Numbered from the whole stretch's first letter, positions 1 to 12,047 are shown. The stretch: DNA of 63,593 bases, filler included, from Octopus bimaculoides (GCF_001194135.2; 6 parts of 5 records of this genome joined end to end with filler, not necessarily neighbours in it); one strand, 5' to 3'. Translations and numbers: made by a program. The notes: generated from the letters alone by a model not told the origin.

Positions 1-61
1 ATATATATATAGACTAGTGTCTCTATTTTAGCATTTATCTTTCCAATAATCTCAAGCCATT

Positions 62-215
62 AATTGCGGCAGGCGATAGATTAACAAAGACATGAGAGCG
101 TCAGACAGCATTATTTCTTTCAGTTCTCTGAGCTGTGAGTTCAAATCCCGCAAAGATAATCTTTGCTTTACACCCTTTTCGAAACCAATAAACAAAACAC
201 CAGTTAATTTCATTC
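62..215 (+). mobile_element. Degenerate SINE (family 1)
   Basis: CTGTGAGTTCAAATCCCGCAAAGATAATCTTTGCTTTACACCCTTTTCGA is a decayed match to the core of the copy at 6912-7126. Confidence 0.45.
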
Positions 216-1469
216 TTCTTTTAACTCTTTCTTTCCGTCTCTTTCTTTCCCTGTCTCTCTCCATCTGGAAGGAATCGGTCTTGGTCAGACCTAAAGAGAG
301 CTGGCCTACGCCTTGGTCTAAAACTGCGCAATTCACCTCATATATTTCCCATCGACTCCTCTACGACCCTATCAAGGAGTCGGGGGAGCACCATGGCATG
401 CCACCGCGTTAATTGCCGAACAAAGTATTTACCTTTCTTCTATCTCCTTAACCTTTTCTAAATCACTTCCCAAAAAAACTAAGTTCCTTTCCCCATGCTG
501 ACCTGTCTTCAGAATGGATTGCCATTAATTAAAAGAGCGTTACTCAGCGCATAACCTATTAAATATCATTTATCTCTGGGAAAAATAAATTTCGTCATTT
601 CCTTCCTTTATAACCAATAATGATTCAATTAAGAGTCGTTTCTTTGACTCATAAACTAACTCTCTTTGTTATGTTTAATAAGCTTCGGTGAGAAATCCTG
701 CCTCACTTTTGTCTGCCCGTCTTTCTTTCACAATATGTGTGTGTACGTATTAATCTATGTGCGTGTGTGTGTGTAATTTATAAATATGCGTGTGTATATA
801 TATATATATATATATATATTTCATAGTGCATTTGTGTGTGCGTGTGCGTGTGTATGTGTGAGGGTCGCTTAGGCCCGCAAGCTAACTGACGATGACGTTG
901 ATCTTAACTTCCGCTGGAAGGTAGAGGTGAGGGAGCAGCGTTTATTTAAGAGGACAACAAACTCAGGAATAACAATATCCTGGCTAATTCGACACTCTCT
1001 ACATCCGTATTACCTCCCCTTACCTCATCTTATACACATTAATACCAGCTCAAACAAACTATGTCGGCAGGAATAAGACTTTTTTAATTCTTCCATCCAT
1101 TTTCCTCATCTGCTTCTACAATACATGCATAGCGTCTGCTAATCACCGTTTCCTTCTATCAGTAACGATGGATTCGGTCTTAGCTTGCAGCTGGCCTCGG
1201 TTACATGCTACTGACAAGGCTCTTAAACGTAGAAATGTACAGCCAGTATTCTGACCACCGCTGGTGGACGAATTTTCGTCCGCCACTGTTATAGTCTTGG
1301 GTTTTTTAACACAGCGCATCCATAAAGGATATTATCCCCGGCCGAATACGTACTTAATTTGCCTTTCGCAATGTATCTGCATTAAGCATGATACATAGAT
1401 GGCTGTTTTGATCCTATACATATATTATGCAACAGAAGTTGCATAATACATGTATTTATATATATATGC

Positions 1470-1476
1470 GTGTATG

Positions 1477-1569
<93 letters not shown>

Positions 1570-1599
1570 NNNNNNNNNNAGAGAGACAGAGAGAGAGAC

Positions 1600-1641
<42 letters not shown>

Positions 1642-1645
1642 GGGT
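1470..1645. repeat. Compound (TA)n-(GA)n microsatellite
   Basis: Directly visible; contains a 10-N gap. Confidence 0.95.
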
Positions 1646-1745
1646 ATGTACAGATCGATAAATATATAGATAGATAGATATATATATATACAGATAGATA
1701 CATACATGCATACATACATATATATATACATCCATATATATATAT

Positions 1746-2195
1746 CCTCGACTCCAGCTCGTATCCGAGCATTAGGTTCGTCTGTTTCTATCCAGTCTCC
1801 TCAGTAGAAGGAAGTTTGTGCCGAATGTGACTTTGGAGTTCAAGTCGGTGGTGAAAGAGTCGTGGGCAGAATTCGCACAGGATGGTTAGTGTGGTTAGAA
1901 GACGCTCCTTTCTTCTCGTTATGTTGTCTATTTTGGTCGAAGGAGTTGACTCCATTGCAGATAGCAGTCCTCCAAGCTGTCCTATTCATAGCAATCTCTT
2001 CCCATGGAGATGGCTGGATGTCCGTTGGAGCCAGGGTCCGTTTGAGCTGGTCTTCAAAACAGTATTTCGGATCTTCTCTGGGTCTTGTTCCGATTGCAAG
2101 ATCTCCGTAGAGTATGATTCTCGGGAGACGGGATCTGCCCAGCGGCTGGTCTCGACGCTTGGTAGTAAGACTTTCAAGCCTTTGATCATTTTGTT
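1746..2195 (-). mobile_element. RTE-clade LINE, 5'-truncated 3' fragment
   Basis: Minus-strand RSRLPRIILYGDLAIGTRP...CFEDQLKRTL...WEEIAMNRTAWRTAI and LQSHIRHK match the RTE ORF C-terminus. A short 3' UTR runs into (TA)n. Confidence 0.85.
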
Positions 2196-2248
2196 TTCCG
2201 AAAGGTATCTCTCTACCTTTCGCTCTTTTCTCAGCCTCTGACTTCTTC

Positions 2249-2333
2249 GTTCTGAAGATGCCTACCATTGGCAACGAGGCTAAAATACAAATATATATTT
2301 TCCTCACTATGGTACACAGAAACGATCGTAAAC
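2249..2333 (+). ncRNA. Type I hammerhead ribozyme motif (PLE-type, long stem II)
   Basis: GUU-CUGAAGA-UGCCUACCAU...AUGGUACACA-GAAA-CGAUCG-UA-AAC. Stem III ACGAUCGU is palindromic and stem II pairs include UACCAU/AUGGUA and GAGG/CCUC. Stem I is only 3 bp. Confidence 0.65.
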
Positions 2334-2436
2334 TCACTTTCGCTCTCACCTTTCTTAGCTAATTAAATAATTGCTTCATAGCGCAAACGACACACTTCTT
2401 GTTGTTATTTTACCTCCATTTTCTTATCGTCTATAT

Positions 2437-2493
<57 letters not shown>

Positions 2494-2529
2494 AGTTTTG
2501 GGACTAATGTGTATATGCCAATTAATGTG

Positions 2530-2989
2530 TTGAGCATAGCAGGTTGACAGTTTGGGCTACGTGGTGTCATCTACAGTTGGGGTGTATTTCCGCTGGATCT
2601 ACGTCAGGAATTCCGCAGTGGTAGTTGATGTAATAATGATTGGTAAAGGAAACAGGATATAGATGTAACACAAGTCTTTATGTTAAATCAATCGATTTCA
2701 ACCGATTCTGAAACTGCCCGTTATGGGCAGGATTTTGTGCATCTGATTATGTTGCATCAATCTGTGCAGTTTGTTGCTCGTCAGGTACATACATAAAGAA
2801 GGTGATATGCCGCTAGATATACTGAGATGTCCTAGGATTGTTATTTGTGCCTGTTGCATTTTGGTTATATGTGTTCCACTTATGACTATCCCATCTGTTT
2901 GTATGTCAGGGACATCTTTAAAATTGCATTTTCAAACTTTCTTTCATATATATTTCCACTCGTTCGGTATCTTACAACTTTACTTTGTT

Positions 2990-2990
<1 letters not shown>
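2530..2990 (-). mobile_element. Highly degenerate Penelope-like RT/linker fragment
   Basis: Broken-frame motifs KFENAILK and TNNNPR resemble the PLE RT C-terminus and linker (VTTYNPR-like). Confidence 0.35.
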
Positions 2991-3035
<45 letters not shown>

Positions 3036-3065
3036 GCCATGATTGACCACTAGCACCTAAAGCTT

Positions 3066-3067
<2 letters not shown>

Positions 3068-3150
<83 letters not shown>

Positions 3151-3245
3151 ATGCATGTATGTATGTATGTATGTATGTATGTGTGTATGTATGTATGCAT
3201 GAATTAATGTATGTATGTATGTGCGTTTGTATTCATGTATGCATG
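3068..3245. repeat. (TG)n followed by (TATG)n microsatellite
   Basis: Directly visible. Confidence 0.95.
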
Positions 3246-5137
3246 CATATATACTATACAAACATATACATATATATATATTATATTATATATATATATA
3301 TAATTTACAGACACACACACATTGTGAGAGTGTGTATGTCTAGATTTTCTAAGTACTACTCCACATTTTGCTTGTTCTTCATTTCTCGTCGCGTCGACAA
3401 ATAGTTTGATGATAATGTTATCATATCTGTCAGTCCGTCTGTCCGTCCGTGTATCCGTCTATTCGTCCGCCAGCCCGTTTGTCTGCCTGTCGGCTATTTG
3501 TCAGTGTACAGTGTGTTCCAAGGCGGAAGCATAACACCCTTTCCATTTCACTGTGTCTTTGGGAAATAAACCATAACCTGTGGTGATGTCACGGTCGGAA
3601 TCATGGCATCAAACTATCAAATTATCCTGAAACCAAAGATACTGCTTGTAAGTGGATGAGTTCTATTGAATCCACCCAGAGGCCAGGTGATGGTGATAAG
3701 CCTTATGACGGACTAACCCTACCACCCAACAACATGTACAGCTCATATCCAGTTTTTTTTAACAACATTCTGCATTAAGGTCTATTATAGGACTCAATAT
3801 TTGTGACAATAGAATTGCCGATTTATTGTTTCACATAAACTTTAATTCTGTCACCGAATTTAGATTCTTCCGATCATCAATTTTATAATTTGTCTCTAAA
3901 ATATACATTTAGTATATTGTAATTGTTACCAGTTTGTTATTAAAACCACTTCAATTATATCTTCCAGGTTAATTAAATATCTATTATCCTTATTCGTTTT
4001 TGGCTTTTAATTATTTTGGTCCGATTGAAATATGGTACATGACTGAAATGGTAGAGTAACATTAAAATGTCTTCAGGAAGATCGTGAAAAATCTGGCTTT
4101 TAATTCCACAGGAATCTACTTTGTTTTGTCCCTTTTCCAGAAGTCAATGAAAATGATAGCAGTAGTATATTGAGAGTCGATTCGATCGTTTACACTCCTG
4201 CTTCTCTTTAAAATGTGCAGCACTGATCCAAGGTAGTAAAAATAATTCAAATTCATTTGAACATGAATTTCTGATCAGTTTGTTGTATCAAGAAATACTT
4301 CGTGGAAAACAGGTTCGACGTTGAGCCAGTGATTTAGAAACGGACTTGTTATGGCTTTTAAGGTAACAAAGCTCCTACAACCCACTCTATAAAGGATATC
4401 AAAATATTCAATGCCAACAGATTTAGTCTTAAACACTCGTCATTGAAGTCAAGGCACTTCTTCAATTAAAGCTCTTCCTAGATTCTACCATATTATATTA
4501 CAAGATCGAAGGAGCGAGTTATCCATTATCATTGTGAAATATTTAAATCTTGATCTAGTTTAATAAGTAAAGAAACGTTATGTATGTTTATTTGCTTAGG
4601 GATTTGAAACGGAGGTGTATAATTTGAGACTTGTGTATTCTTAATAAAATTCATGTGAATGAACAGCCAAAGACCACAAATCCACCAGTTGTCTATTGTT
4701 TCCTCAGGACCATATAACAGTCTAGAGAAGAAAGAAATGAACAAAACACATACATAAACACACATGAAAAACAACAATAATAACAGTGATAGTATAAAAA
4801 AAAAACTAAGAAACAGTGAAACTCGAGCACAGAGAAAGCAGTTTACCAGAAGATCAAACATTCTCCCGTTTTGAAAGATTAAATACGAAATTCTTTATTT
4901 TCAGAAGGATTTAGTTTTCATTAGAAAAAAACTAAAACATCACAAAAACATTGCTTCCGTGGATGATGTTGTGTATGATCCAATATTTTTATCTTTTTGT
5001 TTCTACAACCTTCTGGCTTGTCGACAGTCGGGGATTGCTTATACGTTAGAGCCTTTCGATTAAATAGCAGCTGTCATGAAGACAACCAAATAGGTTGGAT
5101 ACTGTTGAACGTCAAAAATCTGTAGAATTGGTTCAAC

Positions 5138-5168
<31 letters not shown>

Positions 5169-5629
5169 GCCGACGTGACTAAGAAGGGAATAAATAAACA
5201 TTCATACAGAAAAAAATACTAAGACCGAGACATCAATAAAATCCTGATGTTTTCCACAATGGCGGACGTTAATTTTCTTAATAAACGATTGCAGCATTTG
5301 AAATGTGTTGGGCAATCAAAACAGATGCCACTCACTTCGGGATGGGCAATTTTAGATGAAAATCTCGACTTAGCATTTGTTTTACACTTTTATTTTTATT
5401 TTTGCACAGGTGCCCTCAACCGAATTTTGATGTCGCTTTTGTTTATCCTTAAGTTAACCTTGATCGATCAGTTCAAGGAGCAAAGATTTTCTGGAGATCG
5501 CCGTCCTGTCTGTTTAAGTCTGTGTGTTTTTTTACATTTCTTTTTTTGCTCCCTAGAATTCATCAGACCAGTTACCCGGTTTTGGAGTTCAGGTCATTCC
5601 TCTTGAACGGGAAACCGGTCCGTTGCAGG

Positions 5630-5832
5630 GATCAAAGCCAACGTTTTTGAGAGGAGGGGACAAGTCGATTACATCAAACTCAGCATTTTTGTGGAAATTT
5701 ATTTTATCGAAACCGAAGGGATAAAAGGCAGAGTCGACCTCGGCGGAATTTGAACGCAGAACGTAATGAGCCGGAAGAAATGACACAAAGTATTTTGTCA
5801 GACTTGCAAACCATTTTTCCAGCTTGCTGCCC
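5630..5832 (-). mobile_element. SINE (family 1)
   Basis: Reverse complement contains TTACGTTCTGCGTTCAAATTCCGCCGAGGTCGACTCTGCCTTTTATCC, the same core as 6912-7126. Confidence 0.75.
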
Positions 5833-6194
5833 ATAAAGATGTATAGAACTATTATAGAACTAATATGTCTTTACGTTTTCAAAGATTTGCTGTTTCTCTC
5901 TAGTCTGGTGACTTCGTAGACGTTGCATTTGTTGCTTCTAACAATCGAATGCTGTAAATCTAAGCAAATATCCGCTGTGAAAACTCCATAAGTTCTTTGC
6001 ACTCAGCTAAATGGCTGCAGTTACATCACTGAGTCTGTTTCAACATGAAATCAACTTTTTCCAACCTTTTCGATTAAAGGACCAAAATCTCCCCAGACAT
6101 AAAGCCTCCTAGTTCGATAGAGAGAGATGACACTGCATTACGTTTGTACTTATCTCGAGAATAATATTAGTAACGAAGTAAGAATATTAAGATG

Positions 6195-6345
6195 ACCCTG
6201 CAGTTAGTTGATTAGTACTTTATATTGTCGACCCCAGAAGAATGGAAGACAAAGTTGATTTTGACGGGATTTCAACTAATAACGTAGACGGCCATATTTA
6301 AATGTCGCAATCATTTTGACCGATGTCCTAACGATTCTGTTAATT
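6195..6345 (-). mobile_element. Degenerate SINE (family 1)
   Basis: Decayed reverse-complement match to the family 1 core. Confidence 0.5.
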
Positions 6346-6636
6346 TTGAAGTAGGAATTAACACCCAAGTCAAGTGAATGGGTTTCACCTGGTTATTTAA
6401 ATGACAGCGACGATACAACTCAACCGACAGAGTTTAATATATATCTCTCTATATCGCTCATCCTGTTTAATGAATTAAAAACAAATATATATATATTGAG
6501 TCTACAAAGTTTTCTCTTTCAAGTATTTCTTCTTTATATATTATATTACTTTTATAAAGAACTCCCCACCAATCATTACTATTTTTATTATTTTTATCAC
6601 CATCATTGTTATATAAAAATTATGTAAAATAATAAC

Positions 6637-6890
6637 TTTGTTGTGTCGGGAGAGAGTCATATTGCCTTAATATATTGAACACACTCACCAGTTCAATTTC
6701 CACTCATCTATTTATTTATTTTGTCTAAGACAGACAAAAAAAATAATGAGTGGAAATTGAACCAGTGAGTGTGTTCAATATATTAAGGCAATACGACTCT
6801 CTCCCGACACAACAAAATTTGTTTAAACACACGAATTCACATTAAGAATCTTGCAAACAAGATACAAAAACGAAGTAAAACAAAAACTGT
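6637..6890. repeat. Foldback (71-bp inverted arms) of a dispersed repeat also present at 47600-47745
   Basis: 6637-6707 is the reverse complement of 6746-6816 with 3 mismatches. The right arm plus its extension matches 47600-47745. Confidence 0.85.
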
Positions 6891-6911
6891 TACGCAATAA
6901 CATTATGAGAG

Positions 6912-7126
6912 AAGGCGATCCGGCAGAATGGTTAGCACGCTGGGCGGAGTGCTTAGCGGTGCTTCGTCTGCTGTTACGTTCTGAGTTCAAATTCCGCCGA
7001 GGTCGACTTTGCCTTTCATCCTTTCGGGGTCGATTAAATAAGTACCAGTTACGCACTGAGGTCGATGTAATCGACTTAATTGTCTGTGCATTCTATGCTT
7101 AGTCCCTTGTGGGCAATAAGGAAATA
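6912..7126 (+). mobile_element. SINE (family 1) with 16-bp target-site duplication
   Basis: Head GGCAGAATGGTTAG, B-box-like GAGTTCAAATTCC, A-rich end. Perfect TSD AATAACATTATGAGAG at 6896-6911 and 7127-7142. Confidence 0.9.
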
Positions 7127-7150
7127 AATAACATTATGAGAGATCCACTT

Positions 7151-7209
7151 TCACCGTTTTAAGGATCAATCACCGTTTTAAGTGATCAATCACCGTTTTA
7201 AGTGATCAA
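7151..7209. repeat. Tandem repeat, 3 x 19-20 bp
   Basis: TCACCGTTTTAAG(T)GATCAA x3. Confidence 0.9.
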
Positions 7210-7821
7210 TACTGACCTGGGGGTGGGAGTCTACGTAATATGGCTATCGAAAGGGTTAGTAATCATTAAACATTTCGATCAGATCAATGAAATCTGGCTG
7301 AATTTTTATCATTCTTTATCAATTTCGTTTAGTATTTTCACAAAATTTTCTTGAAATATTTCTTATTTAAAAAACGCTAATCACACAAAAGAACCAAGGA
7401 ACTACAATCTTTGAATCAAGAGTTTTCTTTTAATTCATAATAATTTAAAATTTATTGACGGCGACCGATAACTTATCTCCGATTCCGTGACAAAGTGGAT
7501 GATATAAGAAGTGTGCTGACTCCATATCTAAAGACAAAACCGTCAAACTCGTTCTCCATATCAGAAATATCGTCGCTCGTTAGCGATTCAATCTCTGACT
7601 CAGACTCAATGTCACAAATTGGCATTTGACGTTCAATATCTACCTTAACGTTTCTATCCCTATTGATTTCTTAGATGGGCACAAATCCTCAATCTTGAGC
7701 AAAGCGATTCTTTAATTATATTGGTTCAGCATTATATTGATTATGTTATCGAACTCGAAAACAGGAAATTCGAAAGTCGACATCGTTGAGTTACTACTAT
7801 AAAACTCTGCCTTGTCATCAG

Positions 7822-7852
<31 letters not shown>

Positions 7853-7886
7853 CTTCTTCTTCTTCTTCTTCTTCTTNNNNNNNNNN

Positions 7887-7926
<40 letters not shown>

Positions 7927-8407
7927 ATAATGTCAAAAGGAGAAACCTCCACGTAATCGCTCGACATGCTACAAACAGCAACTAAAAATCCCTCAAATCT
8001 CTCTCTCTCCCTGTCATAAAAATAAAGGAACAGCATAAAATATATATATAAAGAAAAAACTAAATGTCTCTTTGTCGATGATAAGAAGAAGCCCTTTGGT
8101 TTTGAATTATTATTTGTCATTTGCCCTATTTTGCCCTAAGTAACTGCTTCCCTATTAGCCTTCTTCTTTTTCCCATCCAACGAAATTTTGGAACCGAAAT
8201 TTACGCGCAATTATTTATAGCTTTATCTACTTCGAGTTTTACCGTTAAAAAAATAATCACAGCAATTCTTTCGAAGTTTCAAATCCCGCTGAAGTCAACT
8301 GCTTTTCATCTTTCCAGGAATTCATAAAATAACTACCAGTCATGCATTCGGTCTATATAACCAACTTGTCTCCACAACCCAAGTTTGCTGATTTTTTGCT
8401 AAAACTT

Positions 8408-8629
8408 GAGCTGGCAGAATCATTAGCACGCCGGGCAAAAATGCATAGCGGCATTTCGTCCGTCCTTACGTTCTGAGTTCAGACTCCGCCGAGGTCGACT
8501 TTGTCTTTCATCCTTCCGTAGTCGATAAACTAAGTACCAGCGGAGCATTGGGGTCGATGTAATCGGCTTAACACCTACCCTAAAGTTTCAAGCCTTGTGC
8601 CTATAGTAGAAAAGATTATTATTATTATT
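8408..8629 (+). mobile_element. SINE (family 1) with (TTA)n tail
   Basis: GAGCTGGCAGAATCATTAGCACGCCGGGC...GAGTTCAGACTCCGCCGAGGTCGAC...GTAGAAAAG(ATT)n. Confidence 0.85.
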
Positions 8630-9173
8630 GAGTGAGAGAGCAGTGCATGCCATCAAAGTGACACTGGGGTTTAATATATGAAGCCCATTATACCCATCAT
8701 GCCTACCCGTCTGATAAGGGTACACCAGGCACATGCATGTGCGTGACACAGTGATCTCATATCAAGATAAACAGCGCATGACCTTGCAGGTGGAGACCCA
8801 GTTAGAATTTTCTTCAGGTCGAATAGGCCATCCCGCTCAAAAGGTCCCTGAATAAGATTTGTTTAAGGATGACGAACAAACTGCCCATGTTTCCAGAATT
8901 GAATTATCCAAACGTCAAAGAATTCCTCTTCACACATGACTATGATGCTCCCCACTACTTCTACTCGTGATTAGAGATGCACATATCGTCAACCACTAAG
9001 GGACATGCTCAACTGGTTAAGGTCAATTAACTGACAAGCAAATCTGTGGTATTAAGCAGAATAATTACTGCAGCCCATCTTTCATACCAAGACAAAACAA
9101 AGTACATGATAACACTTCCAATCAATTAAGATCAGAAGCCATGTGAGCAACTTCCTGGTACTGCATCAGAGCA

Positions 9174-9174
<1 letters not shown>
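8630..9174 (-). mobile_element. About 545-bp non-coding dispersed element embedded in (TTA)n
   Basis: Homologous copies at 48317-48607 and 62604-63074 share termini GAGTGAGAGAGCA... and ...TGCATCAG(G/A)GCAT. Flanked by TTA repeats. Strand inferred from the truncation pattern. Confidence 0.8.
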
Positions 9175-9207
<33 letters not shown>

Positions 9208-9321
9208 GTTGTTATTATATGAAAACTTACAGCTTATTTTGCTGGATATGATGGGAAGCATCAGTTGTCCACAGCCAGTAGACTAAGGTGACACTTATTT
9301 ACTGGTCATGCTTCAATAACC

Positions 9322-9540
9322 CTGTAACAAGACTGGCCCTTTTGAATTACAGGTACAATAGAAGCAGGAAGAAAGAATAAGAGACAGAGTACAGCAGGGT
9401 TCGCCACCACCCTTTGCCTGAGCCTCGTGGAGCTTTAGGTGTTTTCGCTCAATAAACACTCACAACGCCCAGCCTGGGAATCGAAACCGCGATCCTTCGA
9501 TCACGAGCCTCCTCTAACCACTGGGCCATTGCCCCTCCAC
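9322..9540 (-). mobile_element. tRNA-derived SINE (family 2), 5' half
   Basis: Reverse complement GTGGAGGGGCAATGGCCCAGTGGTTAG...GGTTTCGATTCCC shows A and B boxes and matches 51021-51168. Confidence 0.85.
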
Positions 9541-9571
9541 TCTATGCATATATATATGTATGTGTGTGTAT

Positions 9572-9620
<49 letters not shown>

Positions 9621-10214
9621 NNNNNNNNNNNNNNNNNNNNNNNNNNNNNNNNNNNNNNNNNNNNNNNNNTGTACGTATACAAATGTGAGGATGGATATGT
9701 ATGTGTGTGCGTGTGTATGTATGTCTGTATGTATGTACGCGTGTAAGCGTCTATATGTGTGTGTGTGTGTGTGTGTGGTGGGAGGATCTGGGTGTGTAAT
9801 CTGCGATGTTTCCGTTTGCGATTCATCTTATATAAAACCACATTTAGCTTTTACCTCGACAGATTTTTGATGGGTTCATGTTTAAAATCTTCCAATAAGC
9901 CTTTTTTTTTTTTTGTCCCCAAAAAGAAATTACGACTGAAAAATTACCAAAACAGACGGTTTTCTTTCACATTAAGAAGACGCTTTAAAAGACCGAATAT
10001 GGTGGGGAAAAAGTGTAACTAAAACATTAAATAAAACTAAAAACACCAAGAAATAATAATAATCTTCGATTCACTCTTTCATTTCCGCTGCTGTCTTTCT
10101 CTCTCCCTCTCTCTCTCTATCTATCTATCTAATTCCCTCTCTCTCTTTCTTACTCCCACGCTCACGCTGTACTCTTCCCCCACAACTTTCTCTCACTCTT
10201 ACTTCCTGTCTCTG

Positions 10215-10395
10215 TTGTACCTGTATTTCAAAGCGGCCAGCCTTGTTACACACTGTATCACGTTGAATCTCACCGAGAACAAAGTTGAGGGTACACGTGT
10301 CTGTGGAGTGCTCAGCCACTTACACGTTAATTTCACGAGCAGGCTGTTCCGTTGATCAACTAGAACCCTCATTGTCGTAAGCGACGGAGTCCCAC
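10215..10395 (+). mobile_element. SINE (family 2), 3' half
   Basis: TGTACCTGTATTTCAAAG...GTGTCTGTGGAGTGCTCAGCCAC...GTCGTAAGCGACGGAGTCCCA matches the reverse complement of 44755-44940. Confidence 0.8.
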
Positions 10396-10444
10396 GATAT
10401 ATATATATATATATATACTGTGAGAGAGAGAGACATAATATTTA

Positions 10445-10552
10445 TAATCCTTTCTACTAAAGGCACAGGGTCTAAAATGTTCGTGGGAAGGGGTTACTCG
10501 AAAACATCGGCCCCAGTGCTCAACTGGTACTTACTTTATCGACCCTGAAAGG

Positions 10553-10553
<1 letters not shown>
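10445..10553 (-). mobile_element. SINE (family 1), 3' part
   Basis: Reverse complement CTTTCAGGGTCGATAAAGTAAGTACCAGTTGAGCACTGGGG...TGTGCCTTTAGTAGAAAGG. Confidence 0.65.
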
Positions 10554-10604
<51 letters not shown>

Positions 10605-10704
10605 NNNNNNNNNNNNNNNNNNNNNNNNNNNNNNNNNNNNNNNNNNNNTTAATTAATTAANNNNNNNNNNNNNNNNNNNNNNNNNNNNNNNNNNNNNNNN
10701 NNNN
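10605..10704. other. 100-bp scaffold gap with artificial TTAATTAATTAA linker
   Basis: 44 N + TTAATTAATTAA (stops in all six frames) + 44 N. The linker recurs at 17670, 48976, 52722 and 61146. Confidence 0.95.
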
Positions 10705-10744
10705 ATACGTATATGTACATACTTAGATCTATACGTATATACAT

Positions 10745-11045
10745 ATATGCACATGTGGCACAGGACGTCACCAAATGTGTACAACAAAAAATATGAAGTA
10801 CACGTATATGGAATATGAACTATTTTTTCGAAAAACGAAAGACACAAATGAAAAACAAGACAAACAGCATGAAGAACGATCCTTCATAACTTTTGGGCTT
10901 TTTTCTACTCTCGTATTTCGAGCATTGAACAAAAATATACGCTTTCGATAAAACAGTTGCTCCTGCAAAGCAAATGAAATAAAATTTGGGATTTTGCGGA
11001 GGGTCAAAATTGGTAACGCAAACAAGACAGTGAAAACAAACAGGA
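10745..11045. mobile_element. Dispersed repeat (probable PLE pseudo-LTR fragment), second copy at 43085-43345
   Basis: Clear pairwise homology (GGCACAGGACGTCAC...GAACGA(T/C)CCTTCAT...GACAGTGAAAACAAACA). Both copies abut (TA)n. Confidence 0.7.
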
Positions 11046-11115
11046 AGGATATATATACACATATATATACATATATATATATATTTGAAGAAAAGCAACA
11101 CACATTCATTAGGTT

Positions 11116-11209
11116 ATAGCAGTACGTACGTTTCGTACACATTTCATTTCTTTATGTAGTGAGAACACCACATAAGATGTGCAATGAAAATGTACTCCTC
11201 AGCTGCATA
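11116..11209 (-). ncRNA. Type I hammerhead ribozyme motif (PLE-type, long stem II)
   Basis: UAUGCAG-CUGAGGA-GUAC...GUAC-GAAA-CGUACG-UA-CUGC. Palindromic stem III ACGUACGU and GUA triplet; predicted cleavage between 11123 and 11122. Confidence 0.8.
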
Positions 11210-12047
11210 ATGGAAGTTCATTTTAGAAAGTCATTTTGTAGATGTGTGCAAAAACAAGAGTAAGAGATGAAGAAAATACCATCTTGACTGGGCTGTTAAT
11301 CAACAGTCTAGTGAATCAAACATGAATTTAATTTCTATATATTCTAATTGGAGGGGTAAGATAGCAGTAATTTCAATTTAGAGGAAGGTAGATTAAGTAG
11401 TAATGGACAGCAGGTTAGGGGTAAATCAAGCAAGAGAAGAAAAAAGAGATAAGAAAAAAGTAAAAAATATATATATATAGAAATAAAAATGAAAATGGAA
11501 GGACAATACCCTAAGGAGTGGCTAGAGGAAATTTAAGGTAAGGGAATTTAGGTCAAGATATTGGAGAATTATTAAGAATATATCTATTCGTCAGTATATT
11601 TAGAATAATACAACAAAACAATAAAGTACTAAATTTAAAACAATAGAGAACATTAATAGTTAAATTAGAACAAGACAAACATTTATAGTTAAAATAAGAT
11701 ATACATTAATGTGGTGTAATAGAAGAGAGATATTATTTATAAGAAAAACCATAATATCAATAGCCAAAAACAAATCAAAGTGAAAGGAGGGAAGAAGGAG
11801 AAGGAAAAAAAGGGGAGGAATAAAGTTAGAAAATCAGGACTAAACTAAGAGTATTAAAGCTATGGTTTCAGAATTGATAATGTGGTAGAAGGGACTTAGA
11901 ATTAGCTAGAGAAATGTAGGAATATTATCAGTGGGTTAGGAAAGGTTAAAATGTATTCCAAATTTATACTTTAAAGCTATAACTCAAATAGAGTAGTTAA
12001 TAGTCTGGGAAACGAAAGGAAGTAAAATAATACATTATTAGCAAGAT

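Noticed and set aside
1263-1284. GC-rich hairpin GGTGGACGAA-TT-TTCGTCCGCC as a Helitron end or terminator
   Set aside because: No CTRR terminus follows, and bacterial-type terminators are not relevant in this eukaryotic context.
5545-5625. GAAACCGGTC (plus) and CTGATGA (minus) as a hammerhead
   Set aside because: The two halves lie on opposite strands and no complete fold can be built.
7440-8120. Acidic minus-strand reading (SDDISDMENEFDGF; poly-E)
   Set aside because: It is interrupted by stops and microsatellites. It may be a DNA-transposon N-terminus remnant, but no diagnostic motif is present.
11210-11260. SECIS element in the PLE 3' UTR
   Set aside because: AUGA...AA...UGA are present but the helix pairs poorly, and there is no in-frame UGA in the ORF remnant.
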